A stretch of 64,000 nt of DNA, from positions 7,266 to 71,265 of the IMG/VR virus record IMGVR_UViG_3300030333_002628; one strand, 5' to 3'. How positions within the stretch are numbered: position 1 is the first letter of the stretch; each line of letters starts with the position of its first letter. Shown in pieces: positions 11,813 to 20,840 of this stretch. The position numbers and the translations under genes are program-made. A model generated the notes under the pieces. That model was not told the DNA's origin, searched no databases, and saw nothing but the letters and a program-made list of their open reading frames with translations. Origin of the DNA: a virus.

Positions 11813-11947
11813 CTAAATGATGCAAGCGCCATCGCCGCAGCAAGATGCGATTTTATTCTTACAGTTAAGACAAACTGACGAGCCATGTAATTCCATGAAT
11901 CCTCTATCGCTTCTACAAATAGGACATAATTGTTTAAGTTCAGCCAT
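11813..11947 (-). CDS. Small Zn-ribbon protein (44 aa, not in ORF track)
   Basis: Manual translation MAELKQLCPICRSDRGFMELHGSSVCLNCKNKIASCCGDGACII; GGAGG SD upstream. Confidence 0.6.
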   Translation of the reverse strand: MAELKQLCPICRSDRGFMELHGSSVCLNCKNKIASCCGDGACII

Positions 11948-11962
11948 TATTCTACCTCCTTT

Positions 11963-12964
11963 TTAATCGTGTAACCAGCATGGGCCAGAGCAAAGATTCC
12001 TTGTTCTGAACCAATCAGTCGAAGGAATGTGAGCGTATTTTAGAAGAGATAACACTTGACTTTTAGTTATTTGCCTATTGAAATCTCTCCAACCTAGAGT
12101 CTCTATGAAAGATGTTATTTCTTCTGCCATATCATAAGTTTCTCTAGCATTAAAATTCTCTGGGGGCGCAAACCACCTGAGACTATCCGCTAGATACTGA
12201 ACTAGTGCAACCCTTACTTCATGTCTTGGGTTCTCATGTCTCATTAATTTATTGAGACATGGTGGGATAGGAACTTCCCCCATACACCCGATTTCACCTT
12301 CAAAATCTTCTAAAGAAACCACGTTTCTTTCGTGCTTAACTGGGTTCTCTGAAACCCATTTAACTATGTTAAAATTAGATGCCGTTTCCGCGCCTCTGAA
12401 GGGGTCAGAGTCCCTAAGTTTTTCGTCAGGGCGGGAGGGTATCACGTAGCCGAAAGGGTCGCCTTTAAACGCATCTAAATCTATGTTAACAGCCCATCTC
12501 TGGCGGGTCACGTTATACGTCCCCGGAACCCTTGTTAATTTCTGTGGATTTCCTACCCCATCTAGGGTCTTTAGACCAGATGCAATCTTGTTCTGATAGC
12601 GTATAATATGTGGTGCTATAGACTGACCTTTAACTGGTTTCTCAAACAATTGATGCACATGAAAACCACGCCCAGTAGCAACGACTCTTACATCACCACT
12701 TAGTCTACCAATTAAAGTATGCACATCTTTCTTGACATCATCTATTGTAGTATCAGCCGTAGTATCAAAATCAAACCAAGCCCTATCCATCACTACTGAA
12801 TCTGGGTCATACTTCCAAGGCTTGGTAGGGTGTGGTCTTTCAAAGTGGAATAAAGATGTGTAGATATTTGCTTTACCATTTAGATTATGCACATAAGTAT
12901 TGAATTCCTTACGTGTATTACAGGGTCTACGCCTTAAGCCAATCTCTCTAGGGAAAGAAAACAT
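11963..12964 (-). CDS. Archaeo-eukaryotic primase: PriS catalytic domain fused to a PriL-like C-terminal domain
   Basis: AEP motifs WFDFD, TGRGFHV and D...QKLTRVPGTYN. C-terminal PPC...HEVRVALVQYL...CSGPC resembles the PriL Fe-S domain. Confidence 0.85.
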   Translation of the reverse strand: MFSFPREIGLRRRPCNTRKEFNTYVHNLNGKANIYTSLFHFERPHPTKPWKYDPDSVVMDRAWFDFDTTADTTIDDVKKDVHTLIGRLSGDVRVVATGRGFHVHQLFEKPVKGQSIAPHIIRYQNKIASGLKTLDGVGNPQKLTRVPGTYNVTRQRWAVNIDLDAFKGDPFGYVIPSRPDEKLRDSDPFRGAETASNFNIVKWVSENPVKHERNVVSLEDFEGEIGCMGEVPIPPCLNKLMRHENPRHEVRVALVQYLADSLRWFAPPENFNARETYDMAEEITSFIETLGWRDFNRQITKSQVLSLLKYAHIPSTDWFRTRNLCSGPCWLHD

Positions 12965-12972
12965 AATCCCAC

Positions 12973-13095
12973 CTAAGCCTTGTAAAGAATGAAAGCAGCG
13001 CCGAACAATACAAGCCCTTGAAATATAATTAGTGGTGCTGCGTCAGACCAAGACACAGTAATGTCATCAATCCAATCTAGTCTAATCTCTATCAT
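12973..13095 (-). CDS. Small membrane protein (40 aa, not in ORF track)
   Basis: Manual translation MIEIRLDWIDDITVSWSDAAPLIIFQGLVLFGAAFILYKA; ATGA overlap with the upstream gene. Confidence 0.5.
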   Translation of the reverse strand: MIEIRLDWIDDITVSWSDAAPLIIFQGLVLFGAAFILYKA

Positions 13096-13229
13096 AGCAT
13101 CACCTTTTGCTCATGGCTACAAGAACATCTTCCAATGGTTTGCATTTCGGATTCCCCCTCCGGTGTTAGTATTGACGCATCCTCAAACCCTTCCCAATCG
13201 TCATCCTTGTCACAAATGTCACACTTCAT
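13092..13229 (-). CDS. Small Zn-ribbon protein, paralog 2 (45 aa)
   Basis: Manual translation MKCDICDKDDDWEGFEDASILTPEGESEMQTIGRCSCSHEQKVML; ATGA-coupled on both sides. Confidence 0.65.
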   Translation of the reverse strand: MKCDICDKDDDWEGFEDASILTPEGESEMQTIGRCSCSHEQKVML

Positions 13230-13387
13230 TCTAAAGCAACCTCCTGTTGGTTGCCACAATCGCAAGCAGCGATAGTAACCTTCTGGGGCTTGTCACCTTC
13301 GCGTCCGGTAACTCTAACCATGTCCTCAAATCCTTCCCACATATCATCTGCCCCGCACGCCGCGCATATTAAATCTTCTACGTCCAT
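13226..13387 (-). CDS. Small Zn-ribbon protein, paralog 1 (53 aa)
   Basis: Manual translation MDVEDLICAACGADDMWEGFEDMVRVTGREGDKPQKVTIAACDCGNQQEVALE. Confidence 0.65.
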   Translation of the reverse strand: MDVEDLICAACGADDMWEGFEDMVRVTGREGDKPQKVTIAACDCGNQQEVALE

Positions 13388-14244
13388 TCTTCCATACTTC
13401 CCGTTAATTCCGTCTCGCAGTTTAGGTGAAAATCACACCACAAAGGGCAGAAATATTCATTCCAATTCATTTCATACTGCTGGGAATTGAGTGAATCTAT
13501 GGTGTGATATAAATTGTTCTCAAAGGCATTAATAGACCTATTCATAACAGGCTCTAAAAGAGCGAAGCCGTTGTTTTCTCCCACCCACATAGTCTTACCG
13601 CGCTTTTTATATTCCTGTAATAGTTTATCGTTAGGGTCAACATTCTCATAGTCTGGGCTAAGATAAAGGAAATGTGAAACCTCATCATAGCCTAACTGTG
13701 AAAGCATCCTATTATAGAATACCAGTTCTTTTCGGGTGCGTCCGAGTTTACCCATATTCATTTTACCAGTCTTAAGTTCTACTAAAATTAATCCTCCCTG
13801 CGGATGCCTCAAGACTCCATCTATCATACCGACCCACACTATAGGTAAAGTAGTATGAGGATGCAATTCTAATTCTTCGTATACTTCATGCTTGACTTCT
13901 GCTTCAACAACATCAAACATAGTAAGGTCGCTCGCTATCTGAAACAGTAGAGACTTGAGTGCTACTGCACCACTATCTTCCTCCATCCCCTCTGCGATAA
14001 GAAAACGTTCCATGTCTTCTGGTTCACCTAAGATGCCATGTTCCATAGCGGCGTGAATAATACTACCTCTAATCGCCTCTTCCGTAGGTGGCGCTTGGGG
14101 GACATCAGCCACATATCTCCAATAGAATTGTCTGGGACACATCTTGTAGGTCATATAGGATGATTTGCTACAGCGAAGAATCTCTCCGCCCGGTTTATAG
14201 GAGGATGCTTGGGACTGTTCTTGTGTAGCACGCACAAGAATCAC
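13378..14244 (-). CDS. Cas4/RecB-like PD-(D/E)XK exonuclease with Fe-S cysteines
   Basis: SKSSYMTYKMCPRQFYW, GMIDGV, VELKTG, and C-terminal CPLWCDFHLNC. Confidence 0.85.
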   Translation of the reverse strand: MILVRATQEQSQASSYKPGGEILRCSKSSYMTYKMCPRQFYWRYVADVPQAPPTEEAIRGSIIHAAMEHGILGEPEDMERFLIAEGMEEDSGAVALKSLLFQIASDLTMFDVVEAEVKHEVYEELELHPHTTLPIVWVGMIDGVLRHPQGGLILVELKTGKMNMGKLGRTRKELVFYNRMLSQLGYDEVSHFLYLSPDYENVDPNDKLLQEYKKRGKTMWVGENNGFALLEPVMNRSINAFENNLYHTIDSLNSQQYEMNWNEYFCPLWCDFHLNCETELTGSMEEWT

Positions 14245-14567
14245 TCCTCTTCTTTATTAGTTACTCCGTTGTCCCAATCTTCTATGCGACTTTGCATGGG
14301 GTCTAGTGGCTTATTACAAGCAGGGCAAGTATCTTGTGGTGGTAGAGCCTTTAGTAGAGGCTGAACAACCCTTTGGCCGCAATGCTCACACTCTATCTCT
14401 TTTATTAATTCAAAATGGTCTAGTATACCAAATATGAGACCATTAACTCTGGCTAAATCTGCACCAACAGCCTCTATCAATTGCTTAACTGTAGCATCTA
14501 TTTCAGATATAGCACGCTCATTCTGTTTAGCAGTAGGCTTACCTGTAAACTTCCTACTTCTACCCAT
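14241..14567 (-). CDS. Zn-finger protein
   Basis: CEHC...CPAC after a helical N-terminus; starts 29 nt below a TTTATATGCGG box. Confidence 0.6.
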   Translation of the reverse strand: MGRSRKFTGKPTAKQNERAISEIDATVKQLIEAVGADLARVNGLIFGILDHFELIKEIECEHCGQRVVQPLLKALPPQDTCPACNKPLDPMQSRIEDWDNGVTNKEEE

Positions 14568-14585
14568 AATATCTCCTCACCTTTT

Positions 14586-14596
14586 CCGCATATAAA
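14586..14596 (-). promoter_or_regulatory. Archaeal TATA promoter, class TTTATATGCGG
   Basis: Identical 11-mer at 14586, 19082, 22086, 23508 and 30328; here 29 nt above the ATG at 14567. Confidence 0.8.
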
Positions 14597-16822
14597 CTAT
14601 AGCCAAGTAACGTTGCCTAACCCCTGCATTGCATTCTCCAATGGTTGTGACGACCAACCTACTAGGCTGTAGTAGGGGGTTATCTTATCCAAAATAAAAC
14701 GCTGACATATAATCTTGTAACCTACTTTAACAAATGAAATATCTTCTTCATTATCAAACGCAATATACTTTCCTTTATCATTTAAAGTAACCTTGAAGAA
14801 AGAACCCTTACCGTAACCCTTACCTAGAAATTCGTTAGACCAAGAAGCAGCAGCAGCATTACCTGACAAGACTTTGTATTCACTTAGATTCTTCTCAAGT
14901 TTACCCTTCATACTAAGCCTATCAATATCCATAGTTCCATTTACTGTAGACTCTATGATTTGGTTTAACTGTTGTGTTACTTCTTCTTCCTCTTTATTGG
15001 CAAGTATTCCGCCGATAACTTCACCCATTGCTTCCTTCATCACCGGAGGCATTCGGGATTGCTTCATCTCTATCCCTTTGACATAGAGTTTAGGTTCGTG
15101 CCACTCTCCGTCAGTCCATACCACGTTCCCAGCATATCTATTCTTTGCCATGAGCAACATACGGTCACAATATCTTTCATACTCTACCTCAATGGGGTGC
15201 ATATAGCCATTGATAATCCTAAGTTTCTCAAACCATTCTCCTGTTAAACCTTTATCTTCATCCACCACGAAGATACTGTCCGTGTGCCCATAGATAGTTT
15301 CCCAACCTACTCTTTGCGCTGCGCTTCTTAGCCTCTTGAGCGTTTGTCTTGAAGTATATGTTATTGCGCCCGCCACTTCTGGGTGATACATACCAAACTT
15401 AGAATCACCAGCAACACCATACATAGAGGCTACAAGAGACTTACAAGCAAATTGCATAGCATCCCAAGTCTCTGCATTTACAGGGTCATCTTGCTTTAAC
15501 TGTTTGTATTTGTTCCTCATCTTAGTCATCTTATCCATCTGAACTACAAGCATACCTTTGCCTTCTTTCAAAAATTTAGAGCCGTTGCCACAATCCTCTC
15601 CTTCTTCATCGTTTAGTTTCTCCCAAGAGATATTATACATAGCAGCGTTGCTGTGATACATCGCTTTGATGTCTAAAATACCTACGTTGTCATACACGCT
15701 GGGGTCTACTTCCATGATGTCTGCGCCTTCGTATGGAACATACTCAAACTGTGGCTTGGTGGGAATTCTCTTAGCGAACCAATCCATATCTTGTAATACT
15801 AGACAAGTAAACATCTTGGTAATAAATGGCGTAGTCTTTAGGTCACATTGCACTAGATGTTGCAGAGAAATATAGTGGTTGATTGCATTTACTTTAGCGT
15901 CTAACTTAGGTAGCAGCCTTACGTCTTGTCGGCAGTAGTGAACGTAAAGTGGTAAGTTAGTATAATAGGTATCGTGTCCGTCAGGTAACTCTACTTTCTT
16001 TTCTCCTAGAACTAATTCAGCAACGTCATCTAGTTTATAGCCCGACAGTTTACCGTTCTTTAACTCCCATAACTTAGAGAAAGCAATCATCAAATCAATA
16101 CAGTTCCTTCCTACAATTGGTTGTTCCCAATCCTTGTAACTGTAAACCAATCTATTATAGGGTGACATATATGACGCATGAAGACCTCTTGCCCTGCATC
16201 TTTCAATAATTGTTTTTATATCTGCGCCGACCACATACCAACCAGTAATAATATCGGGGTCTTGTTTCCTCATGTGCTTTAGGAAATGAGTCAGCATTTC
16301 TTTCTCGCTAGGGAAGGCTTTGGCTGGAATATCATAAGTGTAGTCACCAAATTTAGTTAGGTCTTTACTTTCCTTTAAGGACTTGTCTACAAACCACACG
16401 TATTCCTTCTCGGTGTAAGAATCATATACTACAATAACAGTTAGATGATTGGTGGTAGGATTCCATTCACAATCCAGATACCAAACCCTGTGTTCGTAGT
16501 TAGGAATTGGCTCATGTCCCGCTAGTAGTCTTTCAGACAAGACTCTATTAGTAACTGGTATGTTAGCCTCCCATGTTGGTATATTTGGGTGTGCCTGCTT
16601 GAAGTCATAAATGTCGTTTGGGTGTGAGACTATTATCTTAGTCAGTTCTTCCCCATACAACCCCACGTGACCTCTTTGTTTGTGGCGTGCATCAATGAGA
16701 TAGGAGTCTTGGTTCTGAACAAAGAAGTAAGAGTCGTAGGTAGTAGCGCTAATGCTACATCTCTCACGGTTCTCATCACGATACCGTATGTCAATACCTT
16801 TCTTAGTCCTAGTTACTATCAC
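14597..16822 (-). CDS. polB: Family B DNA polymerase with 3'-5' exonuclease
   Basis: ExoI YLDCE, ExoII-like GWYVVGADI, ExoIII YCRQD; polymerase motifs DIKAMYHS, KSLVASMYG, YGHTDS and KNRY. Confidence 0.97.
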   Translation of the reverse strand: MIVTRTKKGIDIRYRDENRERCSISATTYDSYFFVQNQDSYLIDARHKQRGHVGLYGEELTKIIVSHPNDIYDFKQAHPNIPTWEANIPVTNRVLSERLLAGHEPIPNYEHRVWYLDCEWNPTTNHLTVIVVYDSYTEKEYVWFVDKSLKESKDLTKFGDYTYDIPAKAFPSEKEMLTHFLKHMRKQDPDIITGWYVVGADIKTIIERCRARGLHASYMSPYNRLVYSYKDWEQPIVGRNCIDLMIAFSKLWELKNGKLSGYKLDDVAELVLGEKKVELPDGHDTYYTNLPLYVHYCRQDVRLLPKLDAKVNAINHYISLQHLVQCDLKTTPFITKMFTCLVLQDMDWFAKRIPTKPQFEYVPYEGADIMEVDPSVYDNVGILDIKAMYHSNAAMYNISWEKLNDEEGEDCGNGSKFLKEGKGMLVVQMDKMTKMRNKYKQLKQDDPVNAETWDAMQFACKSLVASMYGVAGDSKFGMYHPEVAGAITYTSRQTLKRLRSAAQRVGWETIYGHTDSIFVVDEDKGLTGEWFEKLRIINGYMHPIEVEYERYCDRMLLMAKNRYAGNVVWTDGEWHEPKLYVKGIEMKQSRMPPVMKEAMGEVIGGILANKEEEEVTQQLNQIIESTVNGTMDIDRLSMKGKLEKNLSEYKVLSGNAAAASWSNEFLGKGYGKGSFFKVTLNDKGKYIAFDNEEDISFVKVGYKIICQRFILDKITPYYSLVGWSSQPLENAMQGLGNVTWL

Positions 16823-17117
16823 CTAAATCACGTTCCTTGTGCCCACGTGACCTTGTAGGTATATTATGTTTGTTCAGCCATTGGTTTACTGCTGCTGGCG
16901 TGATTCCAAACTCCTGTGCAATATCAGCCATAGTCCTTCCACTAAGGTAGTTATCTCTCAACCATACAGGGTCTCTATAGTGCTTGGGTTTTGTTTTATC
17001 AATTAAAACAAACCTTACTTCATACTGGCTATCGCTGGCTATTCCCTCTCCTTCTACGCCATGCGTTATCATACCATTTATTGTATCTCTTACGTCTTCT
17101 GCTATCATACTATTCAC
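16809..17117 (-). CDS. HTH DNA-binding protein
   Basis: YRDPVWLRDNYLSGRTMADIAQEFGITPAAVNQWLNKHNIPTR is a classical HTH. Confidence 0.8.
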   Translation of the reverse strand: MNSMIAEDVRDTINGMITHGVEGEGIASDSQYEVRFVLIDKTKPKHYRDPVWLRDNYLSGRTMADIAQEFGITPAAVNQWLNKHNIPTRSRGHKERDLGDSN

Positions 17118-18105
17118 TCCTTATTGCTGTTTGTAGAACAAAACTATTGTTGTTAAATGTGAACATTATCTTGTAACCCTGATTAGCCCTAGTAAAATCA
17201 AAGAGATTGATTGATACATCTCCGTGTATCTTAGAAAAGAACTGCTCAAGTCCTCCCGCTAATGTCACTTCTTTATCCCATAGGTCTAAGTCTGGATGGA
17301 AATACATCTCCTCTATGGTAGCATTGCGGGCAAACGCCTCTTGTGCCTCATTCACTTCGTTTTTAGTTAGAGGGAGAGTGCTTACAGTCTTCCCCTTGTT
17401 TGCCTTACCAGTAACTACTTCTAAATGGTATGAACCATCGTGTCTCAAAAAGAAGCATAATGTGTATAGGTTCATCTTCTGTTGATTCATAGAATCACAT
17501 CTAAGTGCCTCATACAAATCAGTAGCATCTACAGTCCCCAGTAGGTAGGAATGATACTCGTCTCCGGCTAAGGTTTCATAGATATAACGCCCGTCTCTCT
17601 TGACAGATATTCTTTTCATTACTGACTGCGCTTCCCTTTCCCATTCCCTTAACGACTTGGGATTATTGGGATAAGCAGTAGCATCTGGATTAGCCTCTAA
17701 AGTAGTTTGCTTGTTACTTGATTTAACTCTTAACTTATTACCGTCTTGAGTTAGATTAACTGTTGCACCATGATACTTCAAAGCACCTAAAAGTTTAGAA
17801 ATATCAGTAATGTAAATGGGATTCTTAGAAAAGTATGCTGCTGTCGAAGGACTCAAATGCTCTGGGTTAACTGTGCTTAGGTGAGTAAGAGAAGAAACAC
17901 CATCCTTTGACAAGGCAGTAATGCTCATTACTGTGTCTATAGAACCTATCCCAGTAGAGTTTGTCTTAGTTCGCAAAACGCAAGAATGCACTTGGTCTTG
18001 TAGTTTACCGCTTATCATTTGCGGGCGCTGTATTTGCTTTAACAGCAGAGACAGAGTATCATTCTTGGTCTTTAGCGTCTCCGTCATTTGACTCATCTTC
18101 CTCAC
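17110..18105 (-). CDS. Probable divergent sliding clamp (PCNA-like)
   Basis: Lies between PolB and RFC in the replication operon. Alternating alpha/beta pattern (IYITDISKLLGALKYHGATVNLTQDGNKLRVKS). Not confirmed by a diagnostic motif. Confidence 0.5.
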   Translation of the reverse strand: MRKMSQMTETLKTKNDTLSLLLKQIQRPQMISGKLQDQVHSCVLRTKTNSTGIGSIDTVMSITALSKDGVSSLTHLSTVNPEHLSPSTAAYFSKNPIYITDISKLLGALKYHGATVNLTQDGNKLRVKSSNKQTTLEANPDATAYPNNPKSLREWEREAQSVMKRISVKRDGRYIYETLAGDEYHSYLLGTVDATDLYEALRCDSMNQQKMNLYTLCFFLRHDGSYHLEVVTGKANKGKTVSTLPLTKNEVNEAQEAFARNATIEEMYFHPDLDLWDKEVTLAGGLEQFFSKIHGDVSINLFDFTRANQGYKIMFTFNNNSFVLQTAIRSE

Positions 18106-19063
18106 TCTTTTCTTCTACTACTAAGAAAGGAAGACCAGCCCATGAAACTTCTCCCCCCTTTACTCTGAGTATGTCGTGGGTAGTCCCAACAAACTCCATG
18201 TTCCTACCCTTCATCTCTTCGATAGTCGCTCTGATAACCCACTCATCATCCGAAAGTGACTTATCGCCTTTGACCCCTGCTGCTGGGTCTGCCTTCTTCA
18301 TGTAGCGCCCCAAGAATATCTGTTGAGAAAATCGGCGCATTGTCCCCTTCTCCCAGTCTGGCCTTTCGCCTACTGACATGAGAACCTTCTTACCGCTTCC
18401 GTCATCCATGTATTCTTGTATGGCCTTCAAATGGAAGGTGTTGAATATCATTGGAACGGGTAGGGCGTGTAGCCTATCAAGAACGTCACGGTTCATTCGG
18501 TTGCGCTCTCTCCATTCCTTCTGGTTGAAGGAGTCGTCTTCATTCTCTATGATTCCCTTGTCAAGAAGGGACTGCCTCATAGCAAACTCGCACCACTTTA
18601 GGAAAGTAGAGCCACCATCGAAAACAATACCAGCAATAGAATTAGGATTCTCCTCCAAGTCCTCTGCTAGTAGGTTGATGAACCACTTAGTCTTGTTAAT
18701 GAGAGCGTTGTGATTAACCGAGTTATCGTCATGGTAGATAGAGTCGTCAAACTCATCTAGTAGTGGGATAACTACTATGTTATCTCTGTCTGGGTAGATA
18801 TGGTCTACTGTGGACTTAGCAGAGTTATCGACATCGAGAATTACCACCTTCTTACCAGCAAGTATAGCAGGTTCCATCAGAGATAGAGCCAAGCCAGTCT
18901 TAGCCGTATTCTCATGGCCCACAAGAGCGCCACGATATGTTACCTTCTCTTGTCTGCGTGTATCAAGAAGATTCCTGTAGTATTCTCTATCGTAAAGAGT
19001 CTGTGGCGCTTTAGCCGCCTCCTTCTTCTTTACATCGTTTCCTGTCGTTACCCAACTGCTCAT
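18059..19063 (-). CDS. RecA/RadA/Sak4-like P-loop recombination ATPase
   Basis: Walker A variant GHENTAKT, VVILDVD, Walker B IVFDGGST, FNTFH. Confidence 0.75.
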   Translation of the reverse strand: MSSWVTTGNDVKKKEAAKAPQTLYDREYYRNLLDTRRQEKVTYRGALVGHENTAKTGLALSLMEPAILAGKKVVILDVDNSAKSTVDHIYPDRDNIVVIPLLDEFDDSIYHDDNSVNHNALINKTKWFINLLAEDLEENPNSIAGIVFDGGSTFLKWCEFAMRQSLLDKGIIENEDDSFNQKEWRERNRMNRDVLDRLHALPVPMIFNTFHLKAIQEYMDDGSGKKVLMSVGERPDWEKGTMRRFSQQIFLGRYMKKADPAAGVKGDKSLSDDEWVIRATIEEMKGRNMEFVGTTHDILRVKGGEVSWAGLPFLVVEEKSEEDESNDGDAKDQE

Positions 19064-19081
19064 ATTTACTCCTCACACTCT

Positions 19082-19092
19082 CCGCATATAAA
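19082..19092 (-). promoter_or_regulatory. Archaeal TATA promoter, class TTTATATGCGG
   Basis: 29 nt above the ATG at 19063. Confidence 0.8.
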
Positions 19093-19094
19093 GG

Positions 19095-20588
19095 CTAGGT
19101 TCTCAACGGTATTAGGCAATTACTTCCTAGCACCAGAGAAGCAATCGAAACTGCACTTCTAATTGAACTAATAGTTACATCAAGAGGGTCTATGATACCA
19201 GCCTCAACAAAGTTAACTGTTTTACCAGTCTTAGCATCAATCCCGTATGTAGTATCAAAGGATGCGACTTCTTCAAAGCCTGCATTATCTAGGATTAAGA
19301 ACTTAGGCATCATAAATGCTCGCTGAATAATCAAATCATTATCTGGTTGACTACCAAAATAGTTCAGCAGAAGACCACCACCCGCAATAACACCATTACG
19401 CATAGCGGCTTTAACAGCATTAACAGCGTCATCTACTCGTTCCTTTGTCTCAAGTAGTTCTACTTCTGTATAGCCACCTACTTCAATAGAAGCAATACCG
19501 TTCTCTAGTCTACCTATTCTTCTAAGTAGTATTTCTTCTTCCCACTTGTTATCATCCTTCTTGACGTATTGTAACTCTTGATACAAAGTGTCAAGGTGTG
19601 CATCACAAACAGGTTGACTTACTTTAACAATTGTATTGTCTCGCTTAGACTCCATGCTTAGAATATGACCCATGCCGTGTTCCTCTACATTCGTTATGTC
19701 TCTATCCCAGAACTTACCATATAGTGGGCCTCCAACCATCGCTTGAATATCCTCTAGCCAATCTTCTTGTGACTTACCCATCTCTGGAGTCTTTAGCATG
19801 GCAGCGTTTACTTTCCCCTGCATTACATTGATTAGTAGGTTAGGTAGAATGCGTGGATTAATCTCGTTACAAATTATCAGAAGACCTCTGTTCTGTTTGA
19901 TACTCAATTCTAACGCTGGTAATAATTGGTCGAAAGATTGAATCTGGTCTGATACCAGAAGAACGTTAGACTCGTCCATATTACGTGGGAAGTGTGGGCT
20001 TAATTGTCCTGAATGAATCTCAAACCCGTTACACATCTTATAGGTAGTATCAAAGCCACTTCCTACTTCAACAGATACAACACCATCCTTACCTACTTTA
20101 CCCATTACTTCTGCTATCAAAGAGCCTAACTCTGGGTCGTTGTTGGCTGCGATAGTAGCAACATCAACCAATTGAGACTCATCTTCTATACTGATTGCCT
20201 GTTCCTTTATCTTCTCAATGATTGCCTCTGATTGAGACTTGATTTGATTAACTACAACATCAGGACGAACCCCTTCTGATATTCTCTCAAAGCCCAAATT
20301 ACAAAAAGCCTGTGCTAGAACTGTTGCTGTAGTAGTCCCATCACCACTAATAGTCTGCGCTTGTTCCGCTACTTGTTGTATTAATTCAATCCCCATCTGC
20401 ACATAGGGGTCGTTGTCGTGAACTGCTTTAGCAACAGAGACACCATCATTTAGAACAACAGGAGGCTTATCTCCTTCCCTCTGAATAATAACGGTCTTAG
20501 CAGCAGGGCCGATAGTTCCTTTAACTGCTGTTGCAACCTTGTTAACTCCTTGTAGAAGTTTCTCTCTCGCTTCTTCATCAGTTATCAT
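19095..20588 (-). CDS. groL: Group I chaperonin GroEL-like
   Basis: GVNKVATAVKGTIGP, NDGVSVAK, GDGTTTATVLA, VATIAANND, KERVDDAVNA, GVIAGGG and GIIDP motifs. Confidence 0.95.
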   Translation of the reverse strand: MITDEEAREKLLQGVNKVATAVKGTIGPAAKTVIIQREGDKPPVVLNDGVSVAKAVHDNDPYVQMGIELIQQVAEQAQTISGDGTTTATVLAQAFCNLGFERISEGVRPDVVVNQIKSQSEAIIEKIKEQAISIEDESQLVDVATIAANNDPELGSLIAEVMGKVGKDGVVSVEVGSGFDTTYKMCNGFEIHSGQLSPHFPRNMDESNVLLVSDQIQSFDQLLPALELSIKQNRGLLIICNEINPRILPNLLINVMQGKVNAAMLKTPEMGKSQEDWLEDIQAMVGGPLYGKFWDRDITNVEEHGMGHILSMESKRDNTIVKVSQPVCDAHLDTLYQELQYVKKDDNKWEEEILLRRIGRLENGIASIEVGGYTEVELLETKERVDDAVNAVKAAMRNGVIAGGGLLLNYFGSQPDNDLIIQRAFMMPKFLILDNAGFEEVASFDTTYGIDAKTGKTVNFVEAGIIDPLDVTISSIRSAVSIASLVLGSNCLIPLRT

Positions 20589-20597
20589 ACTAAACCC

Positions 20598-20840
20598 TCA
20601 ATCAATAATACAAATTAGATTATCTATTATAGTAGCGAAAAGCCCTTCTTCTATCTTAATAAGTAAATCATTCTCATCTGCGAGTATCACTATGTCACCT
20701 ACTTTAACTGTTGCAGATTCGTCAGCAACGCTGACAACCCGATACTGCTGTAATCCTCGCTGGATAATCAAACCAGACTGCGTCTGTTCGTTCTTGTTAG
20801 CACAGGGCCATAGTAGAATATAGTTACCTAAAGCCTGCAT
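20598..20840 (-). CDS. groS: Co-chaperonin GroES-like
   Basis: MQALGNYILL...TQSGLII mobile loop, VKVGDIV; directly upstream of groEL. Confidence 0.85.
   Translation of the reverse strand: MQALGNYILLWPCANKNEQTQSGLIIQRGLQQYRVVSVADESATVKVGDIVILADENDLLIKIEEGLFATIIDNLICIID

Noticed and set aside
13378-14244. Cas4-like gene as evidence of a CRISPR-Cas system
   Set aside because: It is a solo Cas4/RecB-like nuclease inside the replication operon, common in archaeal viruses; no cas1 or cas2.
14597-16822. Inteins or introns in PolB, MCM or terminase
   Set aside because: Lengths are compact, motifs are contiguous, and no intein splice-junction signatures were seen.
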